This document shows positions 6,201-13,561 of a DNA stretch of 47,304 nucleotides, piece by piece (the stretch's first letter is position 1; each line of letters starts with the position of its first letter). The DNA is from a virus. The notes beneath the pieces were generated by a model that had not been told where the DNA came from, ran no database searches, and saw only the letters and a program-made list of their open reading frames with translations. The translations under genes were made by a program, and so were the position numbers. The DNA lies in IMG/VR virus record IMGVR_UViG_3300003666_000032. One strand, written 5' to 3'.

Positions 6201-9200
6201 TTATTCTTTCTTTGGCAACTTAATTATTCCACGATCAATTAATACTTTTACCCTTGCTATTTGGTTTGCTTCTGTTAATATTTCCGCAAGCCACTTAGTT
6301 TTAGTTAAATCAGTGCTTATTTTTGAATCATCAGGCAACGCCTTATATTCTTCTGTACTTATGATTTTATTAAAAGCGTTATTGGTAATAGTACCAAGGT
6401 ATTTTTGATAATTAACGTATTCCTCTGATGTTAATTGTATTTTATCCTTAGTCTTAGTCAATGGGTTCTGATACTCAAAAGATTTAGGAGCTACCCGAGG
6501 GAATTGATCTTTAATTCCAGTCGCATCATACAACCTTAATATTTCTTCCTGTACAGGAGTCGGGTCATATTTCGTTGTAAATCCAGGGTTTAACATTACA
6601 TTCCATACATTGTTTTTACCCTGATAAGCTTTTACGTCATTGCCTAAAGTATCCTGTTTAATAGGCAATGTTTTAGTGGCAAAAGGTATCTTAGCAACAA
6701 ATTTATTCTTAGCCTGTTTGAATGGGTTGGGGTCATAAGTTTCCCTAACATAAGGGTCGATCAATTGGGATATTTGTTTTCCGCCGGTTGGCGCTGCTTG
6801 CAAAGGTGCCCCTAGTAATGTTTTACCGAATCCAATTACAGGAGAATATCCGCTAAACATGCTTGTTAATCCTTGGAACATTGACTGTTTAACTAGTGTA
6901 TTACCTGCACCTTCTACCCCTGCCATTGCTGAACTAAGGAAATCCTTTTTATCTTTCCCTGAATAATATGCATCTGCTCCCATAGCTAACATTCCAGACA
7001 TAGGTTGTGCCCAGTCATATGTATGGTATGTATTCCCTATTTTAATAGCATACGGGCTTTTACCTGCGTTCTTTTCCATGTCTGCAACATCTTTATCGCT
7101 GTTTGGCTTGCCTGTTATAATGCCTTTTTTAGCCATAACATAACCCAAAATACCAATACCAGTTCCTGTTAAAGCCCTTCCAATTCTATCAGCAAATAGT
7201 TTTTGGTTAAATGTTCCTTTTCCTGCCGTTGTTCCTAAATGGTATATACCTTTTGCAAATCCACCTGGGCTATAGTCAATAAGTTTATCAAGTACATTTG
7301 CAGGAGTTTGGGTAAATGGCATTACTATATCTCCTACTATACCAAATCCATCTCTTATTTTCTTTACTCTTTGTGCTAAATCAGAATTATTTTGAAATAC
7401 TTTATCTAATGCATACAATTTAGACTGTTCTTCTATTTCAGTAGCCGTTAACTTGGTTTTATTGGTTTTGTTAAGTTTATTTAATTCTATCATCCTTGAA
7501 TTTTTCCAAGACTCGTAAAATGGTCTATCGCCTAATTGTAGCATTCTCCTTTCTACTTGATCAACAAAATTTAATATATCGCTCTTGGCATCTAATACCT
7601 TATTTACTGCTTTAAACCTTGTTTCTGTAGTATTTTTAAATATTCTTTTATTAGGTAATTCCATCATTCCTCTAGCAGGTGACGTATCAATTTTATTTTT
7701 AACATCACTAGCCCAACCTTTAACGCCCTTACCTAATCCGGAAACTTGACCTTCTTTTAATATTCCATACTTAGGCAATAAGGTTGTTCTATTGCCAGTT
7801 TTAAAGCTCATAACCTTATCTAATAATGTTGTGGGGATATCTTTTATATTTTCTGCTGTTCCCAATATAACATTACTTAGAGGGTTTTTGACTACTAATG
7901 ATTTTATACCTGATAGTAAAGATATCCTTTGAAGACCTTTAAATTTTTCTTTTGATGTTGCCGGTAACCTATCTGCTATTCTTTGCATAACTTTAGCAAA
8001 TTCTATTTTACTTACCCTATCTTCGGTAGCATTTTTAAACTTCTCCATATGCTCAAGAATAAATTTAGTATCTTCAGGAGTTGGTTGTAAATCCCGTATA
8101 ACCTTCGGTAATAGCTTCTGCTTTCCTGCAAATAACTGTAGGTTAACTTCTATCATTCCGTCAATATCGTCCAATTCTTTTGCCAACGCTGCTGTCTTAC
8201 CTTCTGCTTTTATACGAGATTCAACTTTTGCCTTTCTAGCATTTAAACTGTCAATTTTACTTTGCACGGCTTTAAGCTCAGCTTTAATTTCTGTATGTTT
8301 AGGTGTCTCAATTTTACTTGCGGCATTTTCCCATTGTTTATAAGCATATTTAAGCATACCTTGTGGCGTTTGCCTTTTCCACATTGAAGCAGCTTGAATT
8401 GCTTGACCGTGTTCTGTAAGGTCGGTTGTTACTTTATCAAGTATCCTATTTACTTCATCAAATTTACCTTCTGCATTGTACTTATCAATCAATGCCATTC
8501 CTGTTGCTACATCATCAGCACTAGAAGAATCCGCTTTAGTTAATATATCTGTCATTGCTTTATCCGGATTTTTATTTACTCTTTCTGTAGCCGCTTTCCA
8601 TGTTGCATCATTATGTTTTATTTCGTATGGAGTATCAGGAATAGTACTTTTTAACTCAGGGCTTATTCTTTCTGAATTCTTAACTGTCTGACCAAATTTA
8701 CTTATACCTTTCTGTAAAGGTTCTTTTAGCGCATACGTCTTTTTGATTTTAGGCGGTTGTGCTTCTCCTGCTTTCCCTAGTGCGGCTCTTGCTCTTTCCA
8801 CCATGTCAGGTGGGTATTGAGTTGGGTTATTTGCTATCCTCTGTAAAGTTTCTTTACTTGCTGATTGTGGTCCTTTAGGCGTATACTTAACTTCATCTAA
8901 CGGAACTCCTGTATTGCTACCTTCGATTTTGACATATCTCCTGCCGTTTATTTCGCCTAAATCTCCGACAACTTTTATAGGTTGGTCACCAGACTTGTTT
9001 CCCCAAGTAGCCTCACCAAGTTTTATTTCGGGCAAAATTTTAGCACCCTGTTTAGGTGCTACCGGTTGTGGGTTCTGTGCATTATCTATCATTTTATTAA
9101 GATTGCCAAATTTAGATTTAGGTATAAATTCAGGTTTTCCATCTTGTACCTTTTGGAAAGGTTTAGGTAAAGGTCGTTGCTGTGGGGTATATGTTTCCTT

Positions 9201-10367
9201 TATGCCCGCTGGAAGCTTAACGGGGTCTTTAGGTTCTAAGGCTTTCTGTATGGCTATTTTCTCTTGCATTGTTAGCGGTTTTCCATCTTTTACTTTTTTT
9301 ATTATGCCGCCTATAGTTCCAAGTCCTGTACCTAATCCAAACGCAAATAGTGATTCAAGACCGACTTTCTTTGCCGTATCTGCTGCATTAAGCCCTTGGA
9401 ATTGAGCTTGACCAAATGATACAGGAGCAATAGAAGTTGCACCCTCTATACCACCCCTAAGAGCATTGTTTACTACCTTACCGCCTACTTTCTGGAGTCC
9501 TTTGCTTTCAAGTTTGGCTACTACATTTTTGCCAATCTGATTACCTATATTGCCAAACGATGTTCCTGCACCGCTTGGTTGTGCAAAGCTCCCAATAGTT
9601 CCTATTGTATCAGCCGCAAAATTAGCAAGCGGAAATCCTAAATCTGTATCACTTGATACTCCACCGGTGGCTTCATAAAGTCTGTCGGATACTCTTCCTC
9701 CAAATTTCATTAAGGCGTTTGGCTCCTTAACCGGCGAACTTCCTAATTTAACCTTTTCTTTCGACCACTCTTGTTTACTAGGTAGCTTTTCGGATGCAAT
9801 ATTCTTCTTTATACTTACCAAGCTTCCATCAGATAGCCTAGTATAATAATAACTCTTACTCTCTGCTACTGCTACATGCTTTACAGGGTCCGTCATTTCG
9901 CCAGTGTTATCATTTTTGTACTGATAAATTGTCTTAGGCTTAATAGACGATGGTATTTCAGCGCTACCCAAAAACCCTTCTATTTTGTTGCCTAAAGTTA
10001 TTTTATTGTCGGTGCTATCATTCCTATCATATACCTTTTCATAAGGTCTTGCATAGTTTTCTTGAGCCTTAGTATAATCTTTAATACCTTGTTTTATTGT
10101 TGGCTTACCTATTTTATTCATTAGATTTTGAGTAATCGGAGTCGGTTTAGGGTCCGAAAACTTTGCAGGTCCAAACACACTTTCAAGCCTTTTCTGTACA
10201 GGGACTTTGCTTACTTGAGATAAATTATCCTGTAATTGCTGTTGCTGTAATTGAACCTGCTTATTCTGATACTCTACCGATTTTGTATTATCCATTTCCC
10301 ATGAAGGTAAATTTATATTTGATTTACTACTTGTATCGGTTTCCCATGAAGGCTTTGCGAATGCCAT
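6201..10367 (-). CDS. Very large virion protein (1388 aa), possibly internal/ejection or tape-measure-like
   Basis: Long ORF with AAGGGGG SD. It has Gly-rich hydrophobic segments and coiled-coil stretches, and lies at the end of the structural module. Confidence 0.8.
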   Translation of the reverse strand: MAFAKPSWETDTSSKSNINLPSWEMDNTKSVEYQNKQVQLQQQQLQDNLSQVSKVPVQKRLESVFGPAKFSDPKPTPITQNLMNKIGKPTIKQGIKDYTKAQENYARPYEKVYDRNDSTDNKITLGNKIEGFLGSAEIPSSIKPKTIYQYKNDNTGEMTDPVKHVAVAESKSYYYTRLSDGSLVSIKKNIASEKLPSKQEWSKEKVKLGSSPVKEPNALMKFGGRVSDRLYEATGGVSSDTDLGFPLANFAADTIGTIGSFAQPSGAGTSFGNIGNQIGKNVVAKLESKGLQKVGGKVVNNALRGGIEGATSIAPVSFGQAQFQGLNAADTAKKVGLESLFAFGLGTGLGTIGGIIKKVKDGKPLTMQEKIAIQKALEPKDPVKLPAGIKETYTPQQRPLPKPFQKVQDGKPEFIPKSKFGNLNKMIDNAQNPQPVAPKQGAKILPEIKLGEATWGNKSGDQPIKVVGDLGEINGRRYVKIEGSNTGVPLDEVKYTPKGPQSASKETLQRIANNPTQYPPDMVERARAALGKAGEAQPPKIKKTYALKEPLQKGISKFGQTVKNSERISPELKSTIPDTPYEIKHNDATWKAATERVNKNPDKAMTDILTKADSSSADDVATGMALIDKYNAEGKFDEVNRILDKVTTDLTEHGQAIQAASMWKRQTPQGMLKYAYKQWENAASKIETPKHTEIKAELKAVQSKIDSLNARKAKVESRIKAEGKTAALAKELDDIDGMIEVNLQLFAGKQKLLPKVIRDLQPTPEDTKFILEHMEKFKNATEDRVSKIEFAKVMQRIADRLPATSKEKFKGLQRISLLSGIKSLVVKNPLSNVILGTAENIKDIPTTLLDKVMSFKTGNRTTLLPKYGILKEGQVSGLGKGVKGWASDVKNKIDTSPARGMMELPNKRIFKNTTETRFKAVNKVLDAKSDILNFVDQVERRMLQLGDRPFYESWKNSRMIELNKLNKTNKTKLTATEIEEQSKLYALDKVFQNNSDLAQRVKKIRDGFGIVGDIVMPFTQTPANVLDKLIDYSPGGFAKGIYHLGTTAGKGTFNQKLFADRIGRALTGTGIGILGYVMAKKGIITGKPNSDKDVADMEKNAGKSPYAIKIGNTYHTYDWAQPMSGMLAMGADAYYSGKDKKDFLSSAMAGVEGAGNTLVKQSMFQGLTSMFSGYSPVIGFGKTLLGAPLQAAPTGGKQISQLIDPYVRETYDPNPFKQAKNKFVAKIPFATKTLPIKQDTLGNDVKAYQGKNNVWNVMLNPGFTTKYDPTPVQEEILRLYDATGIKDQFPRVAPKSFEYQNPLTKTKDKIQLTSEEYVNYQKYLGTITNNAFNKIISTEEYKALPDDSKISTDLTKTKWLAEILTEANQIARVKVLIDRGIIKLPKKE

Positions 10368-10379
10368 AATATTACCCCC

Positions 10380-11423
10380 TTAAGGTTGTGTAAACAGTCC
10401 AAGATAATTGTTTGACTTAGGATTAACATAATTATCTAAGAATTTATATACATCAGTTCCAGCGTTTTGTATTATTTCTTTCGCATGTTCGTTAAGCCAT
10501 TTTTGCTTTGACTTTTGGTCAGGCATTTGGTTTAACTGTCCCATTGAAGAAGCAGCCCAATAATCAGTAGCGCCTTCGTTACCTTTTGCGTTAACTTGAG
10601 ACATTTTATAAATATTATCTGGATTTTTGTCACTCATAGACCAATTTAAAGCAGCCCATTGTCTTGCATTATCCGCTGAAACATTGCCCAAACTTGCGTT
10701 CTTGTATATTTGATCTGCTGCATAAGTCTTATCCCTATATGCTTGGTCTGCTGTAGGCTTACCATTATATACTCCAGTTAATCCAGCTTCGGCTACTCCA
10801 CGGTTAAAACTACTATCCTGTGCTGCTTGAGTTCTGTATGGACCACCGTATTTCTGCAATAGGTTCATATCACCGAATATCTTATTTATCCTTGCTGTTT
10901 CCAAATCGGATATCATTGCATCGTCTGCTGTGTCAGGAGTTGCTTTCCTCCTGTTTATTTCAGCCATGTAATTCCCTTCATATTGGTTAGTTGCAGGATT
11001 AATTGGTTTGCCTAAAACAGGATTACCATACCCTAAGGCTGAGTATATACGCTCTTGACGGTTTAAGGTGTCTTGATACCTGTTATAGTTCTGCTGTTCT
11101 GCTTCTGGAAGGTAATCTACAGCCCTTTGATAAAATGGTTGTGCTGCTTGGGCTCCTGCTTGTGTTGCTGCTCCTACTGCATAAGAACTCGGCATGCCTC
11201 CACTCATAGCAGATAATGAAGCAATGGAGCTGTTTGTGGTTCTCTTCGCTAGTTGGTCTCCTGCTGTCTCGTTAGCTGTTTTATACAGGTTATATGTTGC
11301 ATTTGTAGCAGGGTTAAAGTTTCCATACGGTGAACCGCCACCCCATGCATTAGGGTCTGGTTTCTTCTTATAAGCATTCGTTAATGTTTTTAAACCTGAG
11401 GTTAAACCTGGATATATATTCAT
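10380..11423 (-). CDS. Virion-associated protein (347 aa), function unknown
   Basis: ATG at 11423 lies 9 nt after AAAGGAG. The protein is rich in Q, N, A and G. Confidence 0.7.
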   Translation of the reverse strand: MNIYPGLTSGLKTLTNAYKKKPDPNAWGGGSPYGNFNPATNATYNLYKTANETAGDQLAKRTTNSSIASLSAMSGGMPSSYAVGAATQAGAQAAQPFYQRAVDYLPEAEQQNYNRYQDTLNRQERIYSALGYGNPVLGKPINPATNQYEGNYMAEINRRKATPDTADDAMISDLETARINKIFGDMNLLQKYGGPYRTQAAQDSSFNRGVAEAGLTGVYNGKPTADQAYRDKTYAADQIYKNASLGNVSADNARQWAALNWSMSDKNPDNIYKMSQVNAKGNEGATDYWAASSMGQLNQMPDQKSKQKWLNEHAKEIIQNAGTDVYKFLDNYVNPKSNNYLGLFTQP

Positions 11424-11461
11424 GTATACCGCTCCTTTCTTCATTGTATACTTGTATACAA
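11423..11461. promoter_or_regulatory. Three TGTATAC heptamers, including an 18-bp palindrome
   Basis: TGTATAC occurs at 11423-29, 11445-51 and 11453-59. ttgtatac-tt-gtatacaa (11444-11461) is a palindrome between the terminator and the start codon. Confidence 0.35.
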
Positions 11462-11468
11462 TAGTCCA

Positions 11469-11500
11469 ATAAAAAAGGAACCGCTTTTACACGATTCCTT
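11469..11500 (-). terminator. Rho-independent terminator closing the rha module
   Basis: On the minus strand: aaggaatcg-tgtaaaag-cggttcctt followed by tttttt. Confidence 0.6.
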
Positions 11501-11510
11501 AATTCTTTTT

Positions 11511-11637
11511 TACTGAGCTCAAAATTGAGCTCAGTATTATTTCCACTGAGCCCATTATTCGGCTCAGTATTATTTTTACTGCCCCCAAATTTGGGGGCAG
11601 TGGTTTTTGTAATTTTTTCTTCGATTTTAAATCGAAG
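11511..11637. repeat. Array of four consecutive perfect stem-loops with conserved ACTG...CAGT clamps and ATTATTT spacers
   Basis: The four stem-loops are tactgagctcaaaattgagctcagta (11511-36), cactgagcc-cattattc-ggctcagt (11544-68), actgcccccaaatttgggggcagt (11578-601) and cttcgattttaaatcgaag (11619-37). Confidence 0.85.
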
Positions 11638-11686
11638 TATTATTTTGCTTCGCTTTCTTTTCTCATTTTAAAATCCTCCTATACCA

Positions 11687-12361
11687 TTATGCGCCTATTT
11701 GCCTTATACTAATCCTCTTGAAATATTCTGTCAATATTCTTTTTCTTTCAGCATAGTTAGGCGTAGTAAGTATTATGCCTATGTCAATTTTTTGAAGAGT
11801 TTTAACCGCTTTAATTTGTTCAGGCTGTAAATATGGTCTTATGCTTTTAACCTTTGAATCAATTCCGTTTTCCTCCTTAAACTTTTTAGCAGGAATACCC
11901 AGAACAACGCTATTAATCATATCCAATTCATTTGAAAAGTGATACCATTTAGGGTCTTCATGTGCTGCCATAATTGCGTCAGTAAATTCGGGGAAATCTG
12001 CTTTTGCTTCAAGTAAGTCTTTTATGAATTCTTCCATTTGGTTGAAACGATTTATGTATGCTTCTTTAAATTGCGATGCCTTTTTCCCACTATATCCCAT
12101 AACAAGAAATGTGAACCCATCTTTGGTTAATAAATATTCGGGATACTTTTTACCTCTTTCAATATAATTTGACGGCCGAAAATTCGGCTGTGAAAATTTT
12201 TCACTGAGCCCATTTTTCGGCTCAGTGATTTTTCTTATAGAGTCAAGAACATGTTTATGGTCTTTATTGAAAATCTCTGCTATTTTCCTACTACTTACCA
12301 CAGGAACACCTTTTAGTTCTTCAACTCCATATATATCATTTAATACTAATTTATTATCCAT
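11687..12361 (-). CDS. rha: Rha-family phage regulatory protein / antirepressor
   Basis: The N-terminus VVSSRKIAEIFNKDHKHVLDSIRKI matches the Phage_pRha motif. The central region is YLLTKDGFTFLVMGYSGKKASQFKEAYINRFNQME. Confidence 0.85.
   Translation of the reverse strand: MDNKLVLNDIYGVEELKGVPVVSSRKIAEIFNKDHKHVLDSIRKITEPKNGLSEKFSQPNFRPSNYIERGKKYPEYLLTKDGFTFLVMGYSGKKASQFKEAYINRFNQMEEFIKDLLEAKADFPEFTDAIMAAHEDPKWYHFSNELDMINSVVLGIPAKKFKEENGIDSKVKSIRPYLQPEQIKAVKTLQKIDIGIILTTPNYAERKRILTEYFKRISIRQIGA
12202..12227. repeat. Intragenic copy of the array stem-loop
   Basis: cactgagcccatttttcggctcagt matches 11544-11568 at 24 of 25 positions. A second hairpin, cggccgaaaattcggctg, lies at 12173-12190. Confidence 0.85.
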
Positions 12362-12492
12362 TACAATACCTCCTGAGGAATAATTGTTAAATTGTCAGAC
12401 CCTTTATAATTTGGATTTATGTACAATTCGCCATCAATTATACAGCCGTAAACTCCACTTAATTCATTGATAAGGCTTGTGTGTTTATCCAT
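12361..12492 (-). CDS. 43-aa protein, member b of the small paralogous family
   Basis: Product is MDKHTSLINELSGVYGCIIDGELYINPNYKGSDNLTIIPQEVL. GAGGAGG SD. Its stop overlaps the rha ATG (TAATG). Confidence 0.5.
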   Translation of the reverse strand: MDKHTSLINELSGVYGCIIDGELYINPNYKGSDNLTIIPQEVL

Positions 12493-12649
12493 TAAAAGAT
12501 ACCTCCTCATCCAACGATATAATTACAGTTTTTTCTCCTTTATATGCGTAATTATCATTAATAAATAATACGCCCTTATAATAGACACTCTTTATATGAT
12601 TAAACTTTCTCTCCAATGTAACATGAATATCGTTACCTATTTTTCCCAT
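12482..12649 (-). CDS. 55-aa protein, divergent member c of the small paralogous family
   Basis: Product is MGKIGNDIHVTLERKFNHIKSVYYKGVLFINDNYAYKGEKTVIISLDEEVSFNG. CAGGAGG SD. It overlaps the next gene by 11 nt. Confidence 0.5.
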
Positions 12650-12675
12650 AAAAAATCCTCCTGTAATATTTTTTC

Positions 12676-12704
12676 TTTACACGAGGTCACACCTATACTA
12701 TAAT
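12676..12704 (+). promoter_or_regulatory. Near-consensus plus-strand promoter inside the minus-strand module
   Basis: TTTACA (12676-81), exactly 17 nt, TATAAT (12699-704). Confidence 0.45.
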
Positions 12705-12710
12705 ATAGAT

Positions 12711-12780
12711 GTAACCTTTAGTGGTTTAGGAAGTCTTTTTTGCTTTGCGGGCGATAGACTTCCTTTTAATTTTCACTTTT
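12711..12780 (+). ncRNA. Candidate 60-70-nt antisense sRNA (sar-like)
   Basis: The predicted transcription start (TSS) is about 12711. A 9-bp stem aggaagtct / agacttcct (12729-37, 12756-64) is followed by ttttaattttcacttttttt. It is antisense to the 3' end of the RHH gene and the intercistronic region. Confidence 0.3.
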
Positions 12781-12903
12781 TTTGAAATGCTCTTCTAAAA
12801 TTTGTTCTAATAAATCATTAAACCTTAAATCCTTTTTAACGGCTTCAATTTTTAATTTCTTTATCAACTCCTCGTCAATTATAGTTGCAAATTTCTTTTT
12901 CAA
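12766..12903 (-). CDS. Ribbon-helix-helix (Arc/CopG-like) protein, 45 aa, TTG start
   Basis: GGGAGG lies 8-9 nt upstream of the TTG start. The sequence KKKFATIIDEELIKKLKIEAVKKDLRFNDLLEQILEEHF has the RHH beta-strand plus two-helix pattern. Confidence 0.6.
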   Translation of the reverse strand: MKKKFATIIDEELIKKLKIEAVKKDLRFNDLLEQILEEHFKKSEN

Positions 12904-12938
12904 TATAAATACCTCCCTTCATGTATTAGTATATTCTG

Positions 12939-12952
12939 CTTTTCATGAAAAG
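12939..12952. promoter_or_regulatory. Perfect 14-bp palindrome CTTTTCATGAAAAG, candidate operator of the RHH protein
   Basis: It lies between a possible -35 (TTTACT) and -10 (TATACT) on the minus strand, upstream of the RHH gene. Confidence 0.45.
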
Positions 12953-12980
12953 TAAAGAGGTATTTATAAATTTTTACAAA

Positions 12981-13009
12981 TAAAAAGAACACCTCGGATA
13001 AAGTGTTCT
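12981..13009 (-). terminator. Rho-independent terminator after the membrane-protein gene
   Basis: On the minus strand: agaacac-tttatccgag-gtgttct followed by ttttatttg. Confidence 0.6.
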
Positions 13010-13064
13010 ATGTTATTCATTTGAGTCTATAAATTTTTCTAAAATTGAGGGTTCTTTTCAACTT

Positions 13065-13520
13065 TTAATATTTTTTTGTTGTTTTAACCATTGTTTTTAT
13101 ATTTTCAGCCATTAGTAAAGTTGATATGATATCTTCTTTATTATTAATATCAAAGTATTGATTATATATAAAATATTTATGGTAATTACAAACATATTCT
13201 TCTATATGAGTTTCAGTATAACCAGTAGAACCATATCCAAGAAGTATAGTAATTACCATTCCCGCTAAATAGGCTATAAGATTTAAATTACTTGCAAAAC
13301 AATATGTTAATAAAGTTAATAAAACTAATATTATACTCCATGTAAAAATTGTACTTAAATTTCTTTTTGTTATTAACTTACTGTCATTAAGTAAATTTTG
13401 ATGATTTAATTCTTTTGTATATGGAATACTGAATCTTATTACGGTTAACATTTGTATAACCCCAAAACTTCCAATAAAATAACCTAATATTAAAAACAGA
13501 AATGCTATCACATATTGCAT
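13065..13520 (-). CDS. Multi-pass membrane protein (151 aa), accessory
   Basis: At least three hydrophobic helices. GAGGGGG SD. Confidence 0.7.
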   Translation of the reverse strand: MQYVIAFLFLILGYFIGSFGVIQMLTVIRFSIPYTKELNHQNLLNDSKLITKRNLSTIFTWSIILVLLTLLTYCFASNLNLIAYLAGMVITILLGYGSTGYTETHIEEYVCNYHKYFIYNQYFDINNKEDIISTLLMAENIKTMVKTTKKY

Positions 13521-13561
13521 ATATAAATCCCCCTCAAAATAATTTTATTTGCAATAAGTTT

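Noticed and set aside
11511-11637. Whether the hairpin array could be a CRISPR-like array.
   Set aside because: The constant parts are only about 4-9 nt (ACTG, CAGT, ATTATTT). The variable parts are themselves palindromes rather than unique spacers. No cas genes or leader are present.
11640-11666. An 8-codon mini-ORF (MRKESEAK) with a strong AGGAGG SD directly after rha.
   Set aside because: It is too short to call as a gene. It is mentioned only as possible leader-like context for the hairpin array.
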